64,000 bases of DNA from Ranitomeya imitator (taxonomy: Eukaryota): positions 516,398,001 through 516,462,000 of the forward strand of contig NC_091282.1 of assembly GCF_032444005.1 (NCBI RefSeq). Direction: 5' to 3'. The notes beneath the pieces were generated by a model. The model did not search any database. It saw nothing but the letters and a program-made list of their open reading frames with translations, and had not been told where the DNA came from. Below are positions 13,101 to 25,547 of the stretch, in pieces; position 1 is the stretch's first letter, and each line of letters begins with the position of its first letter. The translations under genes were made by a program, and so were the position numbers.

Positions 13101-13588
13101 GAACATTCAGAAGTTAGAATCAGTTCAAAGATGGGCAACTAGATTATTACAAGGGATGGAAGGCTTCTCATATGATGAGAGGTTGGAAAAGTTGGGCTTG
13201 TTTAGCTTAGAATAAAGACACCTCAGACTCATTTACATGCATAAATATAAGTGTAGCCAGTACAAAACACTGGCACATGGCTTATTCCTTCCAAGGACCA
13301 TATTTAGGACCAGGGGGCACTCATTACGGGTGGAAGAAAGGCGATTCTGGCAGCTAAATAGGAAAGAGTTCTATACAGTTAGAGCAGTCAGACTGTGGAA
13401 TGCCCTGCCACAGGAAGTAATAATGGCAGACACTATAACAGCTTTTTAAAAAAGGGTCTGGATGATTTCCTCAGTACAACTAACATTGCGGGTTAGAGCA
13501 AATTTAGCGAAAATAATGTACAATTGGCGAAGAAAAGTTGAACTTGATGGACCTAGGTCTTTCTTCAACCTATGTCACCATGTTACTA
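10135..13588 (+). mobile_element. CR1 LINE, 5'-truncated, degenerate ORF2 (endonuclease C-terminus and reverse transcriptase), split by a solo LTR
   Basis: Translations QDNY...EPTR..LDL...[67 protein letters not shown]; CR1-like 3' end GTTGAACTTGATGGACC...CTATGT; several internal deletions and frameshifts. Confidence 0.92.
11587..12781 (+). mobile_element. Solo LTR (1195 bp) inserted in the CR1 RT
   Basis: Termini TGCAGCGCCCC...GGGGCACTCCA; 4-bp TSD CAAG/CAAA; removal restores CR1 codons EWANTWQMRF; same family as 27849-34748. Confidence 0.9.
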
Positions 13589-15189
13589 AGCTGTGTCCGA
13601 AATGCTACTGTTCCTGATTGTTAATGTTATCCTATAATTAAAAAAAATGATTTTAGGGGAAGAAAAAGTAGATTTATTGAACAGATAAAACTTTTTAATA
13701 GTATACATGGGGCATGGTCGCCAATCATCCATAAACTCATAGGCAGACTGCAAAAAACAAGTGCTTTTTTTGTTGCCGGTAGTGTCCAGTATTAAAAAAG
13801 AACTCATAGCGATTTCTTTTTTGTTCCAAAGTTTGTTCTACACATTCGCTGCTATGCCCAGTACAGACACACTAACAACCAGAGTATGATTAATGAGCCA
13901 GGACTCCGGCAGGCCGCAGAAGGAAGGAATGGACTAGGAGGAGAAATAGTGGTTAACAACAAATGAATTGAAGTCTTCTTGCGGTCATATACAGAGCTGC
14001 AATCACTAGGGTTGATCGACCTTGACCTTTTTAGAGTCGAGCCGTGTTTCGCGAAACCCGACTATCTTAGAAGTCGAGTCGAGTGGAATCGTCCGATTAT
14101 CGCGAAAAGTCGGGTATCGCCCGAAACACGAAACCCAATGCAAGTCAATGGGGGAGCATAGTCGGCAGTGAGTGGAGGCCAGGAAAACACCTACACTGCC
14201 CATTTTAATGGCAAAAACATCCATTCTTGTTAAAGAAGCTTGTCAATCGTAATTTACCTTATAATAATTGGAAGGCATTTGAAATTGGGGGTCATTTGGC
14301 TAAAGTTGTGGGGGGTAGGGCTGGTTCAAGTAATTAGTGGGCCCAGTAAATCTGGACCACGTCACGGTAGTGGACCAGGGAGAGGTAAGTATTTCAACTT
14401 TGCAAGTGCTGTGATCCTGAGCAAGCAGGGGGGGCCCACTCGTTGGCATTGGCACAGGCACAGGGCCCCTCAAAGTACAGCGGTGTGTTTGCACGGCGGG
14501 GGCGCCTCCCATCGGCAGCAACACTTTTGCGTACTATGAGAGGCCCTGTGCCAGTGACGTCGCCAACTAGTATTCCTCCCCCCACCTGATGAAGGAACCT
14601 GCACTTTCATCTGCACCTTCCTCTTTGTCCCCGTGTAAGGTGGTATGGTATGCGGGAAGAGGAACCTGACTTTCAGCAGGGTCACAATCTTGCTGTGTAG
14701 CGTGCACGGGGAATTTTGCGTTATGGGTCAATGTACCAGCAGACTCATCTATCACTGGCTGGGCAATGGGCAGGATGAGGAGGAAACACAGATATAGGCC
14801 CAAAGAATAAAGTTGGCTAAATGCAGTTCAAAATTGGTAACACAGGACTAACCAGGGGGCATTGCAGTGGAGGACAACTGGAATGAGAGGCTGACACAGA
14901 GAGTAGGCCCAAATCAGTAAGTAGTCGAAATGCAGTTCAAAATTGGCAACCGTAGTAAACAGGCGGCACAGCTTTGTTCAGTGGAGGAGAACAGCAAGGA
15001 GTGGCAGACACCGATAGTAGGCCCCAACCCAACTAGTAGGCCAAATGCAGTCTAACATTAACAACTAATTAAACGAGACCTGAAAACGGAATTTCAGGAC
15101 AGGAAACCAGGAGAACAGCAAGGAGTGGCAGACACCGATAGTAGGCCCCAAACCAACTAGTACGCCAAATGCAGTTGTTCCGTTTAACC

Positions 15190-17430
15190 ACAATTTAATG
15201 AGAGCCTGAAGATAGAAGTTCAGGAAAGGCAACCTGGAGAACACCTTGGAGTGTAACACACCATCTCTCTACACCCCATACCCAATTTGTAGGCCTAATG
15301 CAGCGTAGTTTCCAACAACTACTAAACGAGAGCCGGAAGATCGAAGCTCAGGAAAGGCAACCTGGAGAACACCTTGGAGTGGAACACACCATCTCTCTAC
15401 ACCCCATACCCAATTTGTAGGCCTAATGCAGTGTAGTTTCCAAGAACTACTAAACGAGAGCCGGAAGATCGAAGCTCAGGAAAGGCAACCTGTAGAACAC
15501 CTTGGAGTGGAACACACCATCTCTCTACACCCCATACCCAATTTGTAGGCCTAATGCAGTGTAGTTTCCAAGAACTACTAAACGAGAGCCGGAAGATCGG
15601 AGCTCAGGAAAGGTAACCTGGAGAACACCTTGGAGTGGAACACACCATCTCTCTACACCCCATACCCAATTTGTAGGCCTAATGCAGTGTAGTTTCCAAG
15701 AACTACTAAACGAGAGCCGGAAGATCGAAGCTCAGGAAAGGCAACCTGGAGAACACCTTGGAGTGGAACACACCATCTCTCTACACCCCATACCCAATTT
15801 GTAGGCCTAATGCAGTGTAGTTTCCAACAACTACTAAATGAGAGCATGAAGATTGAAGCATTGGCGAGGAAACCTGGGGAACACCTTGGAGTGGAACACA
15901 CCATCTCTCTACACCCCATACCCAATTTGTAGGCCTAATGCAGTGTAGTTTCCAACAACTACTAAACGAGAGCCGGAAGATCGAAGCTCAGGAAAGGCAA
16001 CCTGGAGAACACCTTGGCGTGGAACACACCATCTCTCTACACCCCATACCCAATTTGTAGGCCTAATGCAGTGTAGTTTCCAAGAACTACTAAACGAGAG
16101 CCGGAAGACCGAAGCAATGTGGACGAAACCTGGGGAACACCTTGGAGTGGAACACACCATCTCTCTACACCCCATACCCAATTTGTAGGCCTAATGCAGT
16201 GTAGTTTTCTACAACTACTAAACGAGAGTCGGAAGACCGAAGCAATGTGGACGAAACCTGGGGAACACCTTGGAGTGGAACACACCATCTCTCTACACCC
16301 CATACCCAATTTGTAGGCCTAATGCAGCGTAGTTTCCAACAACTACTAAACGAGAGCCGGAAGATCGAAGCTCAGGAAAGGCTACCTGGAGAACACCTTG
16401 GAGTGGAACACACCATCTCTCTACACCCCATACCCAATTTGTAGGTCTAATGCAGCGTAGTTTCCAACAAGTACTAAACGAGAGCATGAAGATCAAAGCA
16501 TTGGCGAGGAAACCTGGGGAACACCTTGGAGTGGAACACACCATCTCTCTACACCCCATACCCAATTTGTAGGCCTAATGCAGCGTAGTTTCCAACAACT
16601 ACTAAACGAGAGCCGGAAGATCGAAGCTCAGGAAAGGCAACCTGGAGAACACCTTGGAGTGGAACACACCATCTCTCTACACCCCATACCCAAATTGTAG
16701 GCCTAATGCAGTGTAGTTTTCTACAACTACTAAACGAGAGTCGGAAGACCGAAGCAATGTGGACGAAACCTGGGGAACACCTTGGAGTGGAACACACCAT
16801 CTCTCTACACCCCATACCCAATTTGTAGGCCTAATGCAGCGTAGTTTCCAACAACTACTAAACGAGAGCCGGAAGATCGAAGCTCAGGAAAGGCAACCTG
16901 GAGAACACCTTGGAGTGGAACACACCATCTCTCTACACCCCATACCCAATTTGTAGGCCTAATGCAGTGTAGTTTCCAAGAACTACTAAACGAGAGCCGG
17001 AAGACCGAAGCAATGTGGATGAAACCTGGGGAACACCTTGGAGTGGAACACACCATCTCTCTACACCCCATACCCAATTTGTAGGCCTAATGCAGTGTAG
17101 TTTTCTACAACTACTAAACGAGAGTCGGAAGACCGAAGCAATGTGGACGAAACCTGTTGAACACCTTGGAGTGGAACACACCATCTCTCTACACCCCATA
17201 CCCAATTTGTAGGCCTAATGCAGCGTAGTTTCCAACAACTACTAAACGAGAGCCGGAAGATCGAAGCTCAGGAAAGGCAACCTGGAGAACACCTTGGAGT
17301 GGAACACACCATCTCTCTACACCCCATACCCAATTTGTAGGTCTAATGCAGCGTAGTTTCCAACAACTACTAAACGAGAGCATTAAGATCGAAGCAATGG
17401 CGAGGAAACCTGGGGCACACCTTGGGTAGG
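15190..17430. repeat. 128-bp tandem array (17 full periods) inside the hAT element
   Basis: ACACCTTGG anchor at exact 128-bp steps from 15241 to 17417. Confidence 0.97.
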
Positions 17431-17729
17431 CAGACACCGTTAGTAGGCCCTACCAAAGTTGTACCCCCAATGCAGTTTTAAAATTCCTAGAGGCTGAAAA
17501 CAAGACTATTGACGCTCAGCTTTTTTCAAAGGAACGCAGCTGAATTGAGTGGCGAAGACAGACACAGGTAGTAGGACTTAACCCAAAAATGTGGCTCACT
17601 GCAGCTTAAAAAAGTTACAGGGGTACACAAGCAGCAGTGCTCTGGGCAGTGGAGGACAATTTCAATAGTGGACCGCAGACAGACTTTGTACGCCTACTAT
17701 TAAAAAAAGGATGCTCTATGCAATTAAAA

Positions 17730-18670
17730 ATAGGTTCCAGGGGTCCACGGGCAGCAGTGGTGTGGTCAGTGGACGAGTATTGGAAGGAGGGACCGCAGAC
17801 AGGCGTAGTAGGCCTAACATAACAAAATTAGGCTGTAGACACTGTAAAATTGGTTCCAGGGGTACACGGGCAGCAGTGGTGTGGTCAGTGGAGGCCTAGT
17901 GGAAGGAGTGACCGCAGACAGGCATCGAAGGCCTAAAATAAAAAAATTGGGCTGGCTGTAGGCAATTTTAAATTGGTTCCAGGGGTACACGGGCAGCAGT
18001 GGTGTGGTCAGTGGAGGCCTAGTGGAAGGAGTGACCGCAGACAGGCATCGAAGGCCTAAAATAATAACACATGGCTGTAGGCAATTTTAAATTGGTTCCA
18101 GGGGTACACGGGCAGCAGTGGTGTGGTCAGTGGAGGCCTAGTGGAAGGAGTGACCGCAGACAGGCATCGAAGGCCTAAAATAAAAAAATTGGGCTGGCTG
18201 TAGGCAATTTTAAATTGGTTCCAGGGGTACACGGGCAGCAGTGGTGTGGTCAGTGGAGGCCTAGTGGAAGGAGTGACCGCAGACAGGCATCGAAGGCCTA
18301 AAATAATAACACATGGCTGTAAGCAATTTTAAATTGGTTCCAGGGGTACACGGGCAGCAGTGGCCTGGTCAGTGTAGTAGTAGTAGAAAGAACGGACCGC
18401 AGACAGGCATCGAAGGCCTAAAATAAAAAAATTGGGCTGGCTGTAGGCAATTTTAAATTGGTTCCAGGGGTACACGGGCAGCAGTGGTGTGGTCAGTGGA
18501 GGCATATTGTAAGGAGTGACCGCAGACAGGCATCGAAGGCCTAAAATAATAACACATGGCTGTAGGCAATTTTAAATTGGTTCCAGGGGTACACGGGCAG
18601 CAGTGGTGTGGTCAGTGGAGGCATAGTGGAAGGAGTGACCGCAGACAGGCTTCGAAGGCCTAACATAACA
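17730..18670. repeat. 119/123-bp alternating tandem array (242-bp dimer, 8 monomers) inside the hAT element
   Basis: GGTTCCAGGG anchor at 17733, 17852, 17975, 18094, 18217, 18336, 18460, 18579. Confidence 0.95.
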
Positions 18671-19129
18671 AAAATGTCAATACAATGGTATTGTCAGTGG
18701 CAGGCATTGAAGGATGTCAGCGCATAGACTAAACATTGGTGGAGCTGTGAGATAATTTTGCAAGTGGTAGAGCACTGTTTGAGCTGGGGGGGGAACTGTC
18801 TTGTGGCCGGCGGTACAGGCCCAGGGCCCCTCATATTACAACGGTGTGTCTGACGTTGGGTGCGCACCACCACCGCCAGAGACACTTTATTGTACTAGGA
18901 GGGACCCAGTGGCAGTGCCGTTGACCAAAAGCGGGCACACCCACCTCTTCAGACAAACAGCACTCTCACGGGTGCTGTCGCCAAGTGTCGATACCACGGC
19001 CCCGTGTGGGGAGTTTGGCCATTTAGTGAGGTGTAAACATGTCGTATGCTGGACAATCAGGTGCAGAAAATTACGAGATTGGAAAAGGCATTCAGAATAG
19101 TCCACAGGCAAGACCTTTTCATAGGAAAG

Positions 19130-22100
19130 CTAGGTGTCGGCTGGGCAAGGTGGGGCAAAAGATTTCGAAATCCAGTTGTGGTTCATTTTAATGAAGGTTA
19201 GATCATCTACATTTTGGGTAGCCAGACGAGTCCTTTTTTCTGTTAGTATTGAACCTGCAGCACTGAATACTCTTTCTGATAGGACACTAGCTGCCGGGCA
19301 AGCAAGCTCCTGCAATGCATATTCTGCCAATTCTGGCCAGGTGTCTAATTTTGATGCCCAGTAATCAAATGGGAATGACGGTTGAGGGAGAACATCGATA
19401 AGGGATGAAAAATAGTTTGTAACCATACTGGACAAATGTTGTCTCCTGTCACTTTGAATTGATGCTGCAGTACCTGTCCTGTCTGCGGTCATAGCAAAAT
19501 CACTCCACAACCTGGTCAGAAAACCCCTCTGGCCAACGCCACTTCTGATTTCTGCCCCTCTAACTCCTCTGGTCTGCTGGCCCCTGCAGCTCGTGTGAGA
19601 ACGATCACGGGCGCTGTGTGCAGGGAATGCCAGAAGCAAACGGTCAACAAGAGTTGATTGTTTGGTTGCTAATATTAGTTCCAAGTTCTCATGTGGCATT
19701 ATATTTTGCAATTTGCCTTTATAGCGAGGATCAAGGAGGCAGGCCAACCAGTAATCGTCATCGTTCATCATTTTAGTTATGCGTGTGTCCCTTTTGAGGA
19801 TACTTAAGGCATAATCCGCCATGTGGGCCAAAGTTCCAGTTCTCAAATCTGCGGTTGTGCTTGGTTGAGGGGCAGTTTCAGGCAAATCCACGTCACTTGT
19901 GTCCCTCCAAAAACCAGAACCCGGCCTTGCCGCGCCACCAATTTCCAGTGGCCCCGGAAAAGCTTTCTCATTAAAAATATAATCATCCCCATCATCCTCC
20001 TCGTCCTCCTCCTCCTCTTTGCCCGCTAACTCGTCCTGTACACTGCCCTGGCCAGACAATGGCTGACTGTCATCAAGGCTTTCCTCTTCCTCAGCTGCAG
20101 ACGCCTGATCCTTTATGTGCGTCAAACTTTGCATCAGCAGACGCATTAGGGGGATGCTCATGCTTATTATGGCGTTGTCTGCACTAACCAGCCGTGTGCA
20201 TTCCTCAAAACACTGAAGGACTTGACACATGTCTTGAATCTTCGACCACTGCACACCGGACAACTCCATGTCTGCCATCCTACTGCCTGCCCTTGTATGT
20301 GTATCCTCCCACAAAAACATAACAGCCCGCCTCTGTTCGCACAGTCTCTGAAGCATGTGCAGTGTTGAGTTCCACCTTGTTGCAACGTCTATGATTAGGC
20401 GATGCTGGGGAAGGTTCAAAGAACGCTGATAGGTCTGCATACGGCTGGAGTGTACGGGCGAACGGCGGATATGTGAGCAAAGTCCACGCACTTTGAGGAG
20501 CAGGTTGGATAACCCCGGATAACTTTTCAGGAAGCACTGCACCACCAGGTTTAAGGTGTGAGCCAGGCAAGGAATGTGTTTCAGTTGGGAAAGGGAGATG
20601 GCAGCCATGAAATTCCTTCCGTTATCACTCACTACCTTGCCTGCCTCAAGATCTACAGTGCCCAGCCACGACTGCGTTTCTTTCTGCAAGAACTCGGACA
20701 GAACTTCCGCGGTGTGTCTGTTGTCGCCCAAACACTTCATAGCCAATACAGCCTGCTGACGTTTGCCAGTAGCTGCCCCATAATGGGAGACCTGGTGTGC
20801 AACAGTGGCAGCTGCGGATGGAGTGGTTGTGCGACTGCGGTCTGTGGACGAGCTCTCGCTTCTGCAGGATGACAAAGAGGAGGAGGAGGGGGTGCGAACG
20901 GCTACAGCCAACTGTTTCCTAGACCGTGGGCTAGGCAGAACTGTCCCAAACTTGCTGTCCCCTGTGGACCCTGCATCCACAACATTCACCCAGTGTGCCG
21001 TGATGGACACGTAACGTCCCTGGCCATGCCTACTGGTCCATGCATCTGTTGTCAGGTGCACCTTTGTGCTCACAGATTGCCTGAGTGCATGGACGATGCG
21101 CTCTTTAACATGCTGGTGGAGGGCTGGGATGGCTTTTCTGGAAAAAAGTGTCGACTGGGTAGCTCGTAGCGTGGTACAGCGTAGTCCATCAGGGCTTTGA
21201 AAGCTTCGCTTTCAACTAACCGGTAGGGCATCATCTCTAACGAGATTAGTCTAGCTATGTGGGCGTTCAAACCCTGTGTACGCGGATGCGAGGCTAATTA
21301 CTTCCTTTTTCTAACCGTAGTCTCATGTAGGGTGAGCTGGACTGGACAGCTGGAGATCGTGGAACTAGCGGGGGTGCCGGTGGACATGGCAGACTGAGAG
21401 ACGGTGGGAGATGGTATTGTTGCCGCCGGTGCCCTAGATGCAGTGTTTCCTACTACGAAACTGGTGATTCCCTGACCCTGACTGCTTTGGCCTGGCAAAG
21501 AAACCTGCACAGATACTGCAGGTGATGCGGAAAATGGTGGCCCTATACTGCCGGAAGGGATGTTGCGTTGCTGACTAGCTTCATTGGCCGAGGGTGCTAC
21601 AACCTTAAGGGACGTTTGGTAGTTAGTCCAGGCTTGCAAATGCATGGTGGTTAAATGTCTATGCATGCAACTTGTATTGAGACTTTTCAGATTCTGTCCT
21701 CTGCTTAAGGTAGTTGAACATTTTTGACAGATGACTTTGCGCTGATCAATTGGATGTTGTTTAAAAAAATGCCAGACTGCACTCTTTCTAGCATCGGATA
21801 CCTTTTAAGGCATTGCAGACTGAGCTTTAACCGGATGGCCACGCTGTCCTCCAACAGGTTTTGGCTTTGCCACGCGTTTTGGGCAAGATACGGGCCCGGC
21901 AGATGGAACCTGTTGCGATGTTGATGCCTGCTGCGGCCCCTCCTCCTCCGCTTCAGAACTGCTGCCGCCTGCACCCTGTTCCCCCAATGGCTGCCAATCG
22001 GGGTCAAGAACTGGGTCATCTATTACCTCTTCTTGTAGCTCGTGTGCAACTTCGTCTGTGTCACCGTGTCGGTCGGTGATATAGCGTTCGTGATGGGGCA

Positions 22101-22698
22101 ACATAGTCTCATCAGGGTCTGATTCTTGATCATTACCCTGCGAGGGCAATGTTGTGGTCTGAGTCAAAGGACCAGCATAGTAGTCTGGCTGTGGCTGTGC
22201 ATCAGTGCACTCCATGTCAGATTCAACTTGTAATGGGCATGGACTGTTAACTGCTTCACTTTGTAAGCCAGGGACGGTATGTGTAAAGAGCTCCATGGAG
22301 TAACCCGTTGTGTCGCCTGCTGCATTCTTCTCTGTTGTTGTTTTTGCTGAAGAGGACAAGGAAGCGACTTGTCCCTGACCGTGAACATCCACTAACGACG
22401 CGCTGCTTTGACATTTACCAGTTTCACGAGAGGAGGCAAAAGAGCTAGAGGCTGAGTCAGCAAGATAAGCCAAAACTTGCTCTTGCTGCTCCGGCTTTAA
22501 AAGCGGTTTTCCTACTCCCAGAAAAGGGAGCGTTCGAGGCCTTGTGTAGCCAGACGACGAACCTGGCTCCACAGCTCCAGACTTAGGTGCAATATTCTTT
22601 TTCCCATGACCAGCTGATGCTCCACCACTACCACTACCCTCATTACCAGCTGACATTGAACGCCCCCGGCCAAGACCTCTTCCACCAGACTTCCTCAT
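19130..22698 (-). pseudogene. hAT transposase (BED zinc finger, RNase H-like DDE core, C-terminal dimerisation domain), about 1189 aa reconstructed, disrupted
   Basis: ATG at 22698; in-frame TAA at 21805-21807 and 21298-21300; 1-nt loss in a T run near 21150; BED-like VWHFF..VICQKC..CMHRHLTTMH; LTTDAWTS, VSDNGRNF, CLAHTLNL, TRWNS, SERVFSAAG motifs in the 647-aa C-terminal ORF 19130-21073. Confidence 0.93.
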
Positions 22699-22899
22699 TG
22701 TTTTAAAAACGTAAACAAACTAACGGTATTTGTTGCTGTCACACAACTTACACGGTGAGCTATAACTTCAGTATGATTTAGCTACCCCTTTACAGGTGAG
22801 TGAGACCACAACGAAAATCAGGCACAATGTTACACACTCTGTTGTTGGTGGCAACAAATGAGAGAGATGCCACACACGCAGGACTGTCACTGAAGCACA

Positions 22900-24360
22900 A
22901 ATGTAAATATTAATCTCCCACTGATTTGATTTTTTTTTTTTTTCAGGGAGACTTTAGGAAAAAAAAAATAGAATAAAATGATTTTTTCAGGAAGAATTTA
23001 GAAACCAAATAAAATAAAATGATTTTTTCAGGGAGAATTTAGAAAACAAATAAAACAAAAAAAGGCTTTCTATGGCCCACTGAGTGAGAGATGACGCACA
23101 CAGGAGTCAGGAGTGGCACACAAGCCCAGAGGCCAATATTTATCTCCCACTGATTGATGTAGTGATTTTTTCAGGTAGATTTTGGAACCCAAATCAAGCT
23201 AAAAAAATAATAGGCTTTCTATGGCCCACAATTGGAGAGAGAGAGAGATGGCACACCCAGGAGTCAAGACTGGCACACAAGCAGAAAGGGCAATATTAAT
23301 CTCCCACTGATTTTTTTTTTTTTTTTTTTTCAGGGAGACTTTTGGAAAAAAAAATAATAGAATAAAATGATTTTTTCAGGAAGAATTTAGAACCCAAATC
23401 AACCAAAAACATAAATAGGCTTTCTATGGCCCACTATTTGTGAGAGAGATGGCACGCTCAGGACTGGCACACAAGCCCAGAGGCCAATATTAATCTCCCA
23501 CTTTTTATTTTTTTTCAGGGAAAATTTATAAACCCAATAAAAAAAAAAAAAAATAGGCTTTCTATGGCCCACTATCTGAGAGAGAGAGATGGCACGCTTA
23601 GGACTGGCACACAAGCCCAAAGGCCAATATTAATCTCCCTTTTTTTTTCAGGGAGAATTTATAAAACAAAAAAAAAATAAATAAATAGGCTTTCTATGGC
23701 CCACTATTTGTGATAGAGATGGCACCCTCAGGACTGGCACACAAGCCCAGAGGCCAATATTAATCTCCCACTTTTTTTTTTTTTGTTCCAGGGAAAATTT
23801 ATAAACCCAATAAAAAAAATAATAAATAGGCTTTCTATGGCCCACTATCTGAGAGAGAGAGATGGCACGCTTAGGACTGGCACACAAGCCCAAAGGCCAA
23901 TATTAATCTCCCACTGATTGATTTATTGATTTTTTCAGGTAGAATTTAGAACCCAAATAAAGCAAAAAAAATAAAAAAAAGGGCTTTCTATGGCCCACTG
24001 AGTGAGTGATGATGCACACAGGAGTCAGGAGTGGCACACAAGCCCTGAGGCCAATATTTTTCTCCCACTGATTGATGTAGTGATTTTTTCAGGTAGATTT
24101 TAGAACCCAAATCAAGCAAAAAAATAAATAGGCTTTCTATGGCCCACTGACTGAGAGATGGCACACACAGGAGTCAAGAGTGGCACACAAGCCCTGAGGC
24201 CAATATTTTTCTCCCACTGATTGATGTAGTGATTTTTTTCAGGTAGATTTTATAACCCAAATCAAGCAAAAAAATAAATAGGCTTTCTATGGCCCACTGA
24301 GTGAGAGATGGCACACACAGGGATGGCACTCTAGCAGAAATGTCAATCTTAATCTCCCAC
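22900..24360. repeat. Irregular 120-200-bp A/T-tract repeats upstream of the transposase
   Basis: About 9 copies of AGGCTTTCTATGGCCCAC followed by GGCACACAAGCCC..GGCCAATATT. Confidence 0.85.
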
Positions 24361-24828
24361 AAAAAAAAACAAAAAAAAAAAACAGGGACTGTCCTACAAT
24401 TACTATCTCCCTGCAGTAATCTCAGCCAGGTATGGCAGGCAGCAATATGGAGTGGACTGATGCACAAATTAAATAAAAAGTGTGGACAAACAAACAAGAT
24501 AGCTGTGCAGAAAGGAAGGAACAAGAGGATTTGTGCTTTGAAAAAAGCAGTTGGTTTGCACAGCGGCGTACACACAGCAATGCAGCTATCAGGGAGCCTT
24601 CTAGGGCAGCCCAATGAGCTACAGCGCTGAGGGGAAAAAAAAAAAAATGTAGCTTCCACTGTCCCTGCACACCGAAGGTGGTGTTGGGCAGTGGAAATCG
24701 CTACAGCACAAGCGGTTTGGTGGTTAATGGACCCTGCCTAACGCTATCCCTGCTTCTGACGAAGCGGCAGCAACCTCTCCCTAAGCTCAGATCAGCAGCA
24801 GTAACATGGCGGTCGGCGGGAACGCCCC

Positions 24829-24960
24829 TTTATAGCCCCTGTGACGCCGCAGACAGCAAGCCAATCACTGCAATGCCCTTCTCTAAGATGGTGGGGACCA
24901 GGACCTATGTCATCACGCTGCCCACACTCTGCGTTTACCTTCATTGGCTGAGAAATGGCG
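24829..24960 (-). promoter_or_regulatory. Putative Pol II promoter of the hAT transposase
   Basis: Minus-strand TATAAA at 24834-24829; CCAAT boxes at 24861-24865 and 24943-24947; GCCAT motif; CpG-rich; points toward the transposase ATG. Confidence 0.45.
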
Positions 24961-25109
24961 CTTTTCGCGTCATTGAAACGCGACTTTGGCGCGAAAGTCG
25001 CGTACCGCATGGCCGACCCCGCACAGGGGTCGGATCGGGTTTCATGAAACCCGACTTTGCCAAAAGTCGGCGACTTTTGAAAATGAACGACCCGTTTCGC
25101 TCAACCCTA

Positions 25110-25350
25110 GCAATCACTATTCTGCTATTACATCATGTCATATACTCCATTCACCTCCAGAGCCTAAGTCACAATTCTGCTGTTACATCATGTCGTATAC
25201 TCGACTTACGACCAGAGCTACTGTCACTATTCTGCTGATACATCATGTCTTATACTCCACTTACCACCAGAGCTACAGTCGCTATTCTGCTGATACATCA
25301 TGTCATATACTAAAGTCACTTCCAGAGCATCAGTCACTATTCTGATATTA
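25110..25350 (+). repeat. ~55-bp minisatellite (about 4.5 units), target of the hAT insertion
   Basis: Repeats of GTCACTATTCTGCTGATACATCATGTC..ATACTCC..T.ACCACCAGAGCTA; the left flank at 13990-14006 matches the unit end. Confidence 0.8.
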
Positions 25351-25547
25351 CTTGACATTGGTATTGTCGATAACTAGGTAAGGGCTTACATCCCTAAAAC
25401 TACAAACCCCCAAGCCCCTAATCGGAGCTCCCCACCCACCAAATAACAATAGGACTCCAAAATTGGATAATAATTGGCCACCGCAGCCTTTATTTTAAAA
25501 CGTACAAAACACGTAAATGTAAAATAAGCTGGGGAGGGTCCTTGAAG

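Larger units (their letters stand above)
14007..25109 (-). mobile_element. Full-length 11.1-kb hAT DNA transposon
   Basis: TIRs TAGGGTTGATCGA / TAGGGTTGAGCGA (reverse complement of the right end); perfect 8-bp TSD GCAATCAC at 13999-14006 and 25110-25117; internal hAT transposase. Confidence 0.96.

Noticed and set aside
15653-17437. Series of near-identical 65-90 aa ORFs
   Set aside because: Products of the 128-bp repeat; 128 is not a multiple of 3 and no continuous frame exists.
15241-18670. CRISPR-like regular repeats
   Set aside because: Eukaryotic context, no unique spacers and no cas genes; these are tandem satellites.
24174-25345. ORFs of 109-186 aa near the hAT right end
   Set aside because: They overlap subterminal, promoter-like and minisatellite sequence, with no domain signal.
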